The position numbers and the translations under genes were made by a program. 64,000 nt of DNA from a virus. The stretch spans positions 48,863 through 112,862 of the IMG/VR virus record IMGVR_UViG_3300033149_004566. One strand, given 5' to 3'. Positions 1-9,231 of the stretch are shown here, piece after piece (position 1 is the first letter of the stretch; every line of letters begins with the position of its first letter). The notes under the pieces were generated by a model. The model made no database searches, had not been told where the DNA came from, and was given only the letters and a program-made list of their open reading frames with translations.

Positions 1-55
1 CACTACAAGATTAAAAGAACTGGCATTAAAAGCTTCGCAGACCATACCGAAGCCG

Positions 56-262
56 ATGCCGACCCAGCAATCTTTATTGGACATACAATTATTCCTTCAG
101 CAAAATCCGGTTAGCGATGATCCGGCCGTTAATGAGGAAGTCTACAAGCACCTCGAAAACCTGGCCGGCATAGCACAGGCCGTTGCACAAAAAACTGGAA
201 ACTGTTACGTGATAAAAAGAGTGACGTGTGGCGGCGTTGAGGGGGGCGTTCAGGCTGAATGA
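56..262 (+). CDS. Hypothetical protein (may be the 3' part of a longer ORF starting before the window)
   Basis: ORF in operon direction, overlaps next ORF. Confidence 0.4.
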   Translation: MPTQQSLLDIQLFLQQNPVSDDPAVNEEVYKHLENLAGIAQAVAQKTGNCYVIKRVTCGGVEGGVQAE

Positions 263-773
263 GGCGTTTCCCGATTCTAACATTAAAAAGGTGAAAAAAG
301 AATTAAAAAAAGAAGAGCGCGGTGAAAAAAAATTGAAACAACAATTTGTCACTAAAGATAGAAAGGTCATGTTGGGCAAGGAGAGCAAGATTGGGCCAAT
401 TTCTGAGGCTCTTGAAGATTTCATTTCAAATCAACAGTACGATGAGGCCGCCGAATATAAATTCGTTGATAAAACGCCGGATATTCCGATAAAGTTCATG
501 CCCGGGTTGACATGCAATGCGTCAGACTCTTTCTATTATGGAATGGGAGTTTATCCTGGACAGGCGGCTTGTGCCATGTACGAGAGATTCGGCATGTGTG
601 GTAACTGTCCGAATGCCATCATGATGATGTCGCATCCGCTTAAAAAACCCAGCAGGCCATCGATAAGCAAGCGATATCCCGGCGAGGTTTCGGAGGGAAT
701 GATAAAAGTTCCCATGGATGAAATGAATTCCGTAAAGAACAGCGGAGGCCGCCAAAAATCAAGAAAAAAATGA
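228..773 (+). CDS. Hypothetical protein with Cys cluster
   Basis: ORF; ATGA overlap with next gene; C..C..CxxC cluster; start uncertain. Confidence 0.6.
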   Translation: MAALRGAFRLNEAFPDSNIKKVKKELKKEERGEKKLKQQFVTKDRKVMLGKESKIGPISEALEDFISNQQYDEAAEYKFVDKTPDIPIKFMPGLTCNASDSFYYGMGVYPGQAACAMYERFGMCGNCPNAIMMMSHPLKKPSRPSISKRYPGEVSEGMIKVPMDEMNSVKNSGGRQKSRKK

Positions 774-1072
774 AAGAATCCGAATACATGGAGTCCAATC
801 CTGTAATACTCGACATGATACAGCAAGAAATGTGGGTAAGGGCTAGAAACAATCCCCAGCTCGGAAAAATGATGTACATGGAAAACATCAAGCTTCCGAA
901 AAAAAAAATTTACCTTGAAAGCGGGTTGAGAAGAGAAATACCGGTTGACGTGAAGCCCACGTTTAGCAGCCGATTGGATAGGATTTTGGCAAGGGGATTT
1001 GCTGGCACGAAATTGGAAGATGACTTTGTAAAATTGTTCTATGGGGGTAAGTTACCATCGAAGAAAAGTTGA
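770..1072 (+). CDS. Hypothetical protein
   Basis: ORF coupled to neighbours by 4-nt overlaps. Confidence 0.65.
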   Translation: MKESEYMESNPVILDMIQQEMWVRARNNPQLGKMMYMENIKLPKKKIYLESGLRREIPVDVKPTFSSRLDRILARGFAGTKLEDDFVKLFYGGKLPSKKS

Positions 1073-1458
1073 TTGAAAAGGGCATGTGCCCTATTAGAGC
1101 CCCACATAGAGCTAAAAAAATACGTGCCATGATTTCCGAGTTTGGATTTCGGATAGGCGACCCCGAGCTCAGATCTCCTTTAACTATGGACTTGCTTTTG
1201 AAAAATAGAGAAAAAATTCAAAAACAAATTGCCGAAGAAACGTCAGAAACTGCTCTGGAAATGCTGAATAAATCTCTAAATAAATTGAATGACAGGATAA
1301 AGTATCGCGAGGAAATGTTGCGGACGGTTTTATATCCGAAGGGTAAAGTTCCTTTCTCGATACAAAAAAAGTTTCCGATGTCGTTCTGGTCTACTAAAGG
1401 TGGGTTGAGAAATGTTCAAACGGTTGGTGTGAGAAGGCGTGGACGTAAGAAGCATTAG
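1069..1458 (+). CDS. Hypothetical basic protein upstream of terminase
   Basis: ORF coupled to neighbours. Confidence 0.6.
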   Translation: MIEKGMCPIRAPHRAKKIRAMISEFGFRIGDPELRSPLTMDLLLKNREKIQKQIAEETSETALEMLNKSLNKLNDRIKYREEMLRTVLYPKGKVPFSIQKKFPMSFWSTKGGLRNVQTVGVRRRGRKKH

Positions 1459-3127
1459 TCCGTTTTTGGATGATTTTCTAAAAAAATACGATTTCAAGGG
1501 CATGGATGATAACAGAATCATGAAGATGCTCTTGTCGTCTTTAGATTGGTCTACGTTTGCGGAAACGTGGTTTAGAAACCCAATAGATCCCACGCTACCA
1601 TTAAAATTGGAAAAGTTTCAGCGCCGCATCATAAATTATTTTCAATACGGCAAGTGCAGTAACATAATTGTCAAGTGCCCCCGTCAATTTGGTAAAACCA
1701 CTCTCATATCGATATTGTGTAATTTAATTGCCATTTTTGATCCGGGTGCTAAGATAGGCCTATTTTCTACATCACACGACCAGTCCAAGGAGATATTGGG
1801 TAAGGTCAGGAAATTCATGAGAACGTCGGCATTTTCTTACTTACTTGACGATAAAAGCGTTCAAACGCAAACCGAAATAAATTATAAGGATCCTCGCGGC
1901 CTTGGGCATGGGTGCAGGATTAAAGCGTATTCTAGTTCTGGCAAAACCGTTCGTGGCCCCGATTTGACTTACACGTTTATGGATGAAATGGGCCAAATGG
2001 ACGACGACTTCGTAAATCAGGTTGTCCGTCCGATGGGAAGGGCTGTTGGAAAGAAAGAACTCGGGGCAAGCACTCCTTTCGGTACGAGGGGCGAGTTTTG
2101 GAACTCACATGAGAAGCCGTATCATTGGGAATGTCAATCGTGTCATGCTAAGGGCTTTGATGAACCACACCCTTACACGTGCCCGAAATGCGGCGGTTCA
2201 GTTCAGACTCTTGGCCAATATAAAGTGTTTGATGTTTCACCTCTTGACGTGTCTTGGATCACGCCCGAAAAACTTGCGGCAGAAGCTGCACGTCTCGGCC
2301 CGATTGCAGCGCAACAGGAGCTGTTTGGAGAGTTTATCCCGGCCGGAGATACTTATTTTAGACACGACTGGATAGTGAATGCCAGGGTTTTCACGCCAGA
2401 GCAAAATTCAAGATTTTCATCCATGGGAAAACCGTATTATACCTATTATCTTTCCACGGATTATGGTAAACAACGTGATAGAGGCGTGATCATGATAGGC
2501 CATTTTCAGGATGACGTGTTGTATCTGGATTGGGTCGAATCACATCTAAAAATGCCGTATCCAAGATTTCAAGATAGAATGAAAACTCTTTGTGATAGAT
2601 ATAATGTTTCAGAGGCCATTTTGGATGGGAACGGTGTCGGAATTGCTCTCATAGATTATCTCCGCGAGGACGTGCAGGTGCCGATTTTTACCAACAAGCC
2701 CGATTTGGGCCCCGGATATAAGTACGGTAACAAGGAGAAATTTCAGATGTTGGAAGCTCTTGCCAACATGTTGATACGGAAGAGAGTTCGTTGGCCGTAT
2801 CATGAAAATCACTCTGACCCGAGGCAGGAAATGTATGAGTTATACATGATGGAGCAGGAGCTCATCAATTATTCTTATGAATGGGGAAAATCGTCAATCA
2901 TAATGGGAACTCAGAGCGAGCACGACGATAGGGTCATGGCTTTGGCACAGCTCGTTGGGGCAACAATGATGACACATTTTGACGATGTCATGCCGTATGG
3001 GGCTTCTGACGTGTCAAGAGATGATCGCGGATGGCCGGTTTTTGACGAGGTCGGGGAAGAATTTGACGTGATGTGGGTTGATAACACGACGGATCCGGAG
3101 TACGAAATATATGACACCATCTTCTGA
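1439..3127 (+). CDS. terL: Terminase large subunit with a zinc-ribbon insertion
   Basis: Walker A CPRQFGKTT, Walker B TFMDE, motif III ASTP, nuclease STDYG and HDDRVMALA; CQSC...CPKCGG insert. Confidence 0.95.
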   Translation: MDVRSISPFLDDFLKKYDFKGMDDNRIMKMLLSSLDWSTFAETWFRNPIDPTLPLKLEKFQRRIINYFQYGKCSNIIVKCPRQFGKTTLISILCNLIAIFDPGAKIGLFSTSHDQSKEILGKVRKFMRTSAFSYLLDDKSVQTQTEINYKDPRGLGHGCRIKAYSSSGKTVRGPDLTYTFMDEMGQMDDDFVNQVVRPMGRAVGKKELGASTPFGTRGEFWNSHEKPYHWECQSCHAKGFDEPHPYTCPKCGGSVQTLGQYKVFDVSPLDVSWITPEKLAAEAARLGPIAAQQELFGEFIPAGDTYFRHDWIVNARVFTPEQNSRFSSMGKPYYTYYLSTDYGKQRDRGVIMIGHFQDDVLYLDWVESHLKMPYPRFQDRMKTLCDRYNVSEAILDGNGVGIALIDYLREDVQVPIFTNKPDLGPGYKYGNKEKFQMLEALANMLIRKRVRWPYHENHSDPRQEMYELYMMEQELINYSYEWGKSSIIMGTQSEHDDRVMALAQLVGATMMTHFDDVMPYGASDVSRDDRGWPVFDEVGEEFDVMWVDNTTDPEYEIYDTIF

Positions 3128-3884
3128 CTTGCGGCCGAAAATATCCCTTTTTACGTTATTGCCTTACGTGATTCAGGAGCATAAAGCCAAGCGTGCCGGC
3201 TTACACTACGACTTTCGCGTGAAGCGCGGCGAAAATGATTGGGAATCCTGGGCGATAAGAAAGGGATTTCCGAAAAAGCCCGGGATAAAACATCTGGCCG
3301 CACCGACGCCGAGTCATGATGAATATTGGGCAAAATTTAGCGGCGTCATACCCAGGGGTTACGGCTCCGGTAGACAGAAAGTCGTTGAAAGCGGAAAAAT
3401 AGACGTGATAAGGGAGCGAAAGAAAAAAAATAAATCGATTACTTTCAAAAAGGGAAAAGATTATTACACCATGATAAAGTTAAAAAAGGGAAAAAATTGG
3501 TTGATTTTTAAAAACGAGTCGGTGAAGTGGCGCAGGACGAAGAGCGGGGGCAAATTTCCGAAGATCGATGAGATGGAAAAGGGAATGCCAAAAATGACGA
3601 ACAAGCAATATAAGGAGTTTTACAAGCGGATGTTGGACTTGGGCTTGTTGAATCAATATAAAACGATTGGTAAGCCCATAAAACAGGATCATGGGGGCAT
3701 ACCCATAATAGAAGATGGAATGTCGGCTCTTTCGGCTTATCCTACAGCTATAGGGGAAGTGTGTCCGAAATGTGGACACCCGGAAATAAAAACGTGGCAG
3801 CGTCAGACTAGATCTGCTGACGAACCGATGACGCAGTTTTTCAGATGTGTCAGGTGCGGATATACCTGGAGGGAATACGATTGA
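3111..3884 (+). CDS. LigD 3'-phosphoesterase domain fused to a C-terminal TFS/TFIIS zinc ribbon
   Basis: YVIQEHKAKRAGLHYDFRV..SWAIRKG..KHLA.PT.SH..FSGVIP.GYGSG matches LigD PE; CPKCGH..QTRSADEPMTQFFRCVRCGYTWREYD matches the TFS C-ribbon; ATG 3111 preceded by GGAG. Confidence 0.9.
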   Translation: MTPSSDLRPKISLFTLLPYVIQEHKAKRAGLHYDFRVKRGENDWESWAIRKGFPKKPGIKHLAAPTPSHDEYWAKFSGVIPRGYGSGRQKVVESGKIDVIRERKKKNKSITFKKGKDYYTMIKLKKGKNWLIFKNESVKWRRTKSGGKFPKIDEMEKGMPKMTNKQYKEFYKRMLDLGLLNQYKTIGKPIKQDHGGIPIIEDGMSALSAYPTAIGEVCPKCGHPEIKTWQRQTRSADEPMTQFFRCVRCGYTWREYD

Positions 3885-4192
3885 GCGTGACGTATAACGG
3901 TTACACGGCAATACAGCCGAGAGTCATGTTGAAAGAATATATTAAGAGGACAAATAATATTCCAGAAAGACGCGATGATAAATATGATAGAAATCCGAAA
4001 GGAAAACATGCTAAATTAAAAACAAAAGAACCGAAGAGACCCAAATATGATAAGAGTAATAGTAAGCCCGGACTTACCGATGATCAGATTCGTGGAAACC
4101 CGAAGGATTGGAAAAATTATACGATCGTGTTAAAAAATGTCAAAAAGATGCCGAAAATGGTTTTTGATCAATATGAGAGGTGTAGGGTTTAA
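3845..4192 (+). CDS. Hypothetical basic protein
   Basis: ORF filling the gap before portal; start uncertain. Confidence 0.55.
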   Translation: MCQVRIYLEGIRLSVTYNGYTAIQPRVMLKEYIKRTNNIPERRDDKYDRNPKGKHAKLKTKEPKRPKYDKSNSKPGLTDDQIRGNPKDWKNYTIVLKNVKKMPKMVFDQYERCRV

Positions 4193-6003
4193 TGGACGAC
4201 GAATATGACGCATGGATGGACGTGTACAAGCCGGAAAGAGTTGAAATTGAGAATTATGAAGATATAAATGATCTTTCTAATAGCATCGTGTCCATGGAGG
4301 TTGGGTACGAAGTTGCCATAAATATAGAAGATACGGCACAGGAAGACGTCAATTGGTATTATCAAACGCAGGACGAAGAAATACGCCGCCTGAAAAGGCA
4401 TCTCATTAAAAAAACACCGCAAAATTTGAGTTGGGCGTTTTGGGAAGATGATACTGCACAAGCATTTGCCATGGTTATAACTTATACTATAATAGGTGAT
4501 GGCATAAGAGTGCGACCGAGAAAGGACGGCTTGAAGAAAAAGAAAAAAGAAAAATTAGAAAGAATTATAGATGATTTCAATAACAATATCAACGAACGCG
4601 GAGAAGACGTGTATGATATAATTCATCAAGCCGTGATAGGTAACGTGATACATGGAAAACAATTATTTAAAAAGGTGTTTAGAAAAGATCCGTACACTGG
4701 AAAGGAATATTTGTCTCTTTATGAAATAGACATGAGAACCATATCTGAACTTGTAAATCCCATTCATGGATACAGGAAGTTCGTGCAGGATCATTACATT
4801 AATGAAGAATTGCGCGACATTGATAGAAAAACATTCATGGAAACGTACGATCCTTTTATAAATCCGGAAGATAAAAAAGTGATTAATATGGGAATTGCGA
4901 GGCACAGGGTTCCGGTTTATGATAATGAAGTTCTTTTCTTTAAATTTTATAAAAAGCCCCCAATGAGATCTATTGTTGATCTAATAGTTTATAAAAAATG
5001 GATTTATTATTTCATGAAACAGGCCGCCAAAGTTAGGGGCGTTCCGCCTCCAGTAATTACCGTTGGCAATCAGCAGAGCCATCCGACTTCACGTGATTAT
5101 CCAAAGTATCTAAAAAGGGCCGCTCAAATTGGTGGAAAATTAAAAAATTGGGATGCCCTTTCGATGCCTTGGAATTGGGCAGTACAGTGGATGGAAGGTG
5201 GAAGGCCGTTTGATTTCACGCCACATCTTCAATTTATCAATAGGAGAATTGTTTTCTCATTGCTCGGTTCGATATCTCTCTTGGAAGGCGCATCTGGAGA
5301 GCTTCATGGCCATGTCATAGAAACGGTTTGGCTTCGTGTAATTTCAGCATTTAGAAGAAAAATAGCTAGGGTGTTAGAAAAGTGCTACAATGAAGTACTC
5401 AAGATGAATGGCATCAACGAGGAAGTTGTCATTGAGTGGACGCCTTTACGTGAGCCCATTAGTAAAGCTGAAATTGCCGCGATATTATCATCGTTATTCC
5501 AATTGAATGCTCTGAAGGATGTTAATGAGTTACGTGAATTATTTTCAAAGAATGGCATAATAGATTTGTCTCCGATGGATGAAGATGAAGAAGAAAAAGG
5601 CTACGCTGGTACCGGAGTTGAAGAATTGATAACGTCGGTTATGCCGGTACAAATGGAAAATAAAATATTAAAACAAAAACTCGAAGAATTTAGTAAAACT
5701 GGCGATTTCAATAGAAAACAAGTTCACGTGAAAAATTTAAAAAGAAGCCTGTCGATGTTGAACAATTCTTTGGGAACTGAACAGGCAAGACCCGAAAAAG
5801 CCGTGAAAAAACCGTCGATAAAAACTCCCATGAATCCAAAACCGGATTCACTTGGTCATTCATCTTTGAAGATACCATCTTTGAAGGTAAAAAAGGAAGG
5901 ACAGCAATACATGGAAGCATCATCCGACGATGAAAGCACGTGTTATGAGGAAGACGGCGTGAAAAAAGGATATTGCCCGGAGGAAATAAAAAATGGAAAA
6001 TGA
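4192..6003 (+). CDS. Portal protein
   Basis: 603 aa, between terminase and MuF gene, helical character; no diagnostic motif verified. Confidence 0.75.
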   Translation: MDDEYDAWMDVYKPERVEIENYEDINDLSNSIVSMEVGYEVAINIEDTAQEDVNWYYQTQDEEIRRLKRHLIKKTPQNLSWAFWEDDTAQAFAMVITYTIIGDGIRVRPRKDGLKKKKKEKLERIIDDFNNNINERGEDVYDIIHQAVIGNVIHGKQLFKKVFRKDPYTGKEYLSLYEIDMRTISELVNPIHGYRKFVQDHYINEELRDIDRKTFMETYDPFINPEDKKVINMGIARHRVPVYDNEVLFFKFYKKPPMRSIVDLIVYKKWIYYFMKQAAKVRGVPPPVITVGNQQSHPTSRDYPKYLKRAAQIGGKLKNWDALSMPWNWAVQWMEGGRPFDFTPHLQFINRRIVFSLLGSISLLEGASGELHGHVIETVWLRVISAFRRKIARVLEKCYNEVLKMNGINEEVVIEWTPLREPISKAEIAAILSSLFQLNALKDVNELRELFSKNGIIDLSPMDEDEEEKGYAGTGVEELITSVMPVQMENKILKQKLEEFSKTGDFNRKQVHVKNLKRSLSMLNNSLGTEQARPEKAVKKPSIKTPMNPKPDSLGHSSLKIPSLKVKKEGQQYMEASSDDESTCYEEDGVKKGYCPEEIKNGK

Positions 6004-6130
6004 TGAGGTTTATGCAACCGTTGTAAGATACGCGTGTAAGACACCGCATAAAAAAATACGATCCAAGGGAAAGGGACGCGGAAAAGCCAGGGGCAAGGGT
6101 AAAGGCCCGATTGGTATTCCTATAAAGTAG
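5993..6130 (+). CDS. 45-aa Lys/Arg-Gly-rich basic peptide (absent from ORF track)
   Basis: MENDEVYATVVRYACKTPHKKIRSKGKGRGKARGKGKGPIGIPIK*; GGAGG upstream; fills the gap between portal and next gene. Confidence 0.7.
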   Translation: MENDEVYATVVRYACKTPHKKIRSKGKGRGKARGKGKGPIGIPIK

Positions 6131-6140
6131 AGGTGTTAAA

Positions 6141-6401
6141 ATGGATTCATCCATATGGTTGATGGAAGTTGTTCGTCTCGAATCTGAAAAATGGAAAGAC
6201 GAGGATACTGAGCCATCTGAAGGAATGTCTGAAGAGGAAAAATCTGAAGTTGTAAAAAAAGCGAAAAAAGGTAAAGATATCGGTAAAAAGGGAAAAAAAT
6301 TTAAAGAAGTGGCTGAAAAAGCGGCAGAAAAGTACGGATCTAAAGAAGCCGGTGAAAAAGTTGCTGCTGCCGCAATGTGGAAAAATTTGAAAGGTAAATG
6401 A
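6141..6401 (+). CDS. Small Lys/Ala-rich hypothetical virus protein
   Basis: GAGGTG RBS; KKAKKGKDIGKKGKKF..YGSKEAGEKVAAA motif of a type recalled from phage hypotheticals. Confidence 0.75.
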   Translation: MDSSIWLMEVVRLESEKWKDEDTEPSEGMSEEEKSEVVKKAKKGKDIGKKGKKFKEVAEKAAEKYGSKEAGEKVAAAAMWKNLKGK

Positions 6402-6404
6402 TCA

Positions 6405-8663
6405 ATGATACCCGTGTCCGTATTGATGGAACCGCCCAAGGTGGTAAAAGATCCTTTAAAATCATCGTCATTGATAAAGTCATTCGTGATGATGAATAAA
6501 ATGAAATTTAAGGGTCTGGTTCCAAAAATAATGGACGCTATCAGGCAATCCAGGCGCGTTGTTCAGATGGAAACCGGTGCACGATATCTCAAGAGATACA
6601 TCGATAACATGTTATATAATAGCATTGTCGATCCGCATTTATTGGATAGGATGAAGTCATTCGTGGAAAACACGTATATTCAACACTCTAGAATGTTGCA
6701 AGAAGAATTGTATAAATTGAAGATGGTTCCCACGACAATGGCCGTCATGACTCCTACTGATGAGGACAGGGTAGAGGATAGAAAGGATACTATAGAAAAA
6801 ATGGCAAGCCTGGAAGCCGAACGCTTGAGTGCGAGGATTCATGACATAATAGATAGGGCTTATCATAATGCCGAACCGTTATACAAAATAAAAAAAGAAC
6901 TACAAAAATCCATAAAAGTTAGCAAGAAAGAATCCGCTAGAATTGCCAGAACCGAGCTCATAAAAACCATGAACTTGGCCAGGTTGGAACGTATGACTTC
7001 ATCGGGGATCGAATATTATCAGTGGGTTTCGGCTCCTTCGTTTGATGAGAGATTGTGTCCTTTATGTGGCGAATTAAATGGAAAAGTAATAAAGTTGGGC
7101 AGGTCGTTTTCGGATTTAGTGCGAAACGAATCATCCAAGAAAATAATGGGAACTAGACAGATCTATTATCCTCCGGCACATCCGAATTGCAGGTGCACTA
7201 TAAGGCCATCTTATGCTCCGGTAATTACCAGGCCGTTAAAAGAACCGAAATTTATAAAGAAAATATTCGATAAGTTTCCTGGCTTGAGGCCCAAAACCTT
7301 GATAACACAAAAGATCGGCCCGACTTCGATAGATATCATACAGGCGGAAGAATTAGAGGACTGGCACGAATTGCACGATTTATATTTAAATGAATCGAAA
7401 AGATGGGGTGGCGATCTTCGTAAGCGATTGATATATCAGGCGATGGAAGCAAAAAATAGGGCAATGAAGGAAGACATAGAATTATTCGAGCGCGATAACT
7501 TGGAGGAAATGGAAAAGCCGAAATGGACGCATTATCCTTTAACAAAAGATGAAATTTATTATCATTATGCGCGAAATTGGGATAAATTGTATCCGGAATT
7601 GAAGGGCCGAAGAGTGGCGATCCGTAACCGCAGGGGCGTCATTTTACGTAATTGGGAGCCCGGTGGAAAGCCCATAGAAATAAAAAATAAAAATGATTTA
7701 AAAAAAGTAGTCTATAATAAAAATGCGGTTGAATTGATTCCGGAGTTGAGCACCAAAAGGATGAAACCATCAAATACAAGAAGGTTTCTCGTGGATTTAG
7801 ATTCAAATAGACCGATAGACGAGACGGTTGTCAAAAAAACAGTTGAAAAAATGAAAACGCTGCCGGTCAATAATGTTCAGGTTATATTTTCCGGGAAGCG
7901 TGGATATCACGTTAGAGGTGATACAAAAAAGAGTTACACGTGGAAAAAAGCGAGAAAAATGCTTCGTGAGGCGATGAAGCCTCTATCAGAACAATACAAT
8001 GATATAATTTTTGATTTATCACCCATGAAAAGACGTGGAGTTAGTGTATCTCCTTATAGTTTGAGATATTTGCCGACAGAAAGACAGGGCGTTGCACATC
8101 ACGTGCAATTTGAAGAGTGGTATGAAAAGGGTGCGTTAGGCACGCGGGACATAATTCCGGAAAAATTAAAATTGCCTAGCGGAAGAAATGCTTTCTTCAG
8201 GAAAACGTTTCTTGGCATCCAAAAACGAAAGTTGTATACCGAACAGGAATATAAATTGCAGGCGGCTTTACCGATCATATCGGCATTGAAACACGATCTC
8301 GATTTATCCGATTCGGTACAAAAAGAAGCGAAAAGGATATTTAAAAAGGCTTATAGTAGCGGGATAACACAGGGTAGAAAAACATCGTCCAATGCCGCGG
8401 TATCTGTTTACAATGCCATGAGATCGTTGGGAATGAGCAGGCCGATAAAAGATTTTCTTCCGCATGCAAATGTAAAGACCGGATCTTTTGTCAGGGCGGT
8501 TAAAAAATTTCAGGACGCTTTAAACTTGCCAAAATTTAAAGTCGGAAAGCGCGCCGACGTGGAAGAGGCAAGAAAGTATTATAAAAGCATGAAACGTACC
8601 GGTATAAGCAAGCGTAAAGTTGCAAGAATGTTTGGCGTGTCTCCGTCGAGTATAGGTGATTAG
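6405..8663 (+). CDS. MuF/SPP1 gp7 head morphogenesis protein fused to a LigD-type AEP polymerase domain and a TFB-like cyclin/HTH region
   Basis: MuF: RIARTE, WVSA..DERLCPLC, PPAHPNCRC; AEP: LTKDEIYYHY, LVDLD, FSGKRGYHV, IFDL, VSPYSLR; TFB: LDLSDSVQKEAKRIFKKA..GITQGRKTSSNAAVSVYNAMR..RPIKD, C-terminal SKRKVARMFGVSPSSI. Confidence 0.88.
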   Translation: MIPVSVLMEPPKVVKDPLKSSSLIKSFVMMNKMKFKGLVPKIMDAIRQSRRVVQMETGARYLKRYIDNMLYNSIVDPHLLDRMKSFVENTYIQHSRMLQEELYKLKMVPTTMAVMTPTDEDRVEDRKDTIEKMASLEAERLSARIHDIIDRAYHNAEPLYKIKKELQKSIKVSKKESARIARTELIKTMNLARLERMTSSGIEYYQWVSAPSFDERLCPLCGELNGKVIKLGRSFSDLVRNESSKKIMGTRQIYYPPAHPNCRCTIRPSYAPVITRPLKEPKFIKKIFDKFPGLRPKTLITQKIGPTSIDIIQAEELEDWHELHDLYLNESKRWGGDLRKRLIYQAMEAKNRAMKEDIELFERDNLEEMEKPKWTHYPLTKDEIYYHYARNWDKLYPELKGRRVAIRNRRGVILRNWEPGGKPIEIKNKNDLKKVVYNKNAVELIPELSTKRMKPSNTRRFLVDLDSNRPIDETVVKKTVEKMKTLPVNNVQVIFSGKRGYHVRGDTKKSYTWKKARKMLREAMKPLSEQYNDIIFDLSPMKRRGVSVSPYSLRYLPTERQGVAHHVQFEEWYEKGALGTRDIIPEKLKLPSGRNAFFRKTFLGIQKRKLYTEQEYKLQAALPIISALKHDLDLSDSVQKEAKRIFKKAYSSGITQGRKTSSNAAVSVYNAMRSLGMSRPIKDFLPHANVKTGSFVRAVKKFQDALNLPKFKVGKRADVEEARKYYKSMKRTGISKRKVARMFGVSPSSIGD

Positions 8664-9231
8664 ATTGCCGATAACAGTAAAAATGAGCTCTTTAAAATTA
8701 AAAAGGTTGATTCCACAGGCAATATATCATATAAAAAGCGAAGCCGCGCAAATATTGATGTTTAGCATAATAGAAGTTTTCATGCAACAGGGACTTCCGG
8801 ATGAACAATGGAAGCAGTTGTCGGCGATAACTGTCGAGAAAAAACACTCCAGATCTATTTTGATAGATAAGGGATTTTTGATGAACTCCATTACGGTTGG
8901 GCCAATCGATGTTGATAAACCCGTGGAAGTTGGAATATTTGAAGGGCCCGCTCTCAGGTATGCTTGGATACATGAGTTTGGTGGCACGATTCCGGTTACT
9001 GACAGCATTAGAAAATTTTTTATAGCAAAGACCGCAGAAGAACGAAGACAACGTCCAGGATTGCCTGAAGATTCTTACACGTGGCATCCTTTGAGAAATG
9101 ATACTAACGTGATATCAATTCCGGCAAGACCCTTTATGAGGTGGGGCGCCATCATTGCACGTCCTAAAATTAGTAAAATGGCTGAAAGAGTTTGGTATAC
9201 GATGATTAATCAGGGATTGATAATTAAATGA
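8656..9231 (+). CDS. Phage virion morphogenesis protein (Mu gpG / tail S-like)
   Basis: WKQLS..T..KK..ILIDKGFLMNSIT, YAWIHEFGG, IPARPFM. Confidence 0.85.
   Translation: MIRLPITVKMSSLKLKRLIPQAIYHIKSEAAQILMFSIIEVFMQQGLPDEQWKQLSAITVEKKHSRSILIDKGFLMNSITVGPIDVDKPVEVGIFEGPALRYAWIHEFGGTIPVTDSIRKFFIAKTAEERRQRPGLPEDSYTWHPLRNDTNVISIPARPFMRWGAIIARPKISKMAERVWYTMINQGLIIK

Noticed and set aside
2119-2200. Intein in terminase
   Set aside because: Insert is only about 26 aa with no C-terminal HN-[CST] motif or endonuclease
5708-6439. 243-aa minus-strand ORF and similar long antisense ORFs (22776-23303, 48815-49327, 54886-55392, 63052-63654)
   Set aside because: Ser/Phe/Leu-rich shadows of Lys/Glu-rich genes on the opposite strand, against the local operon direction
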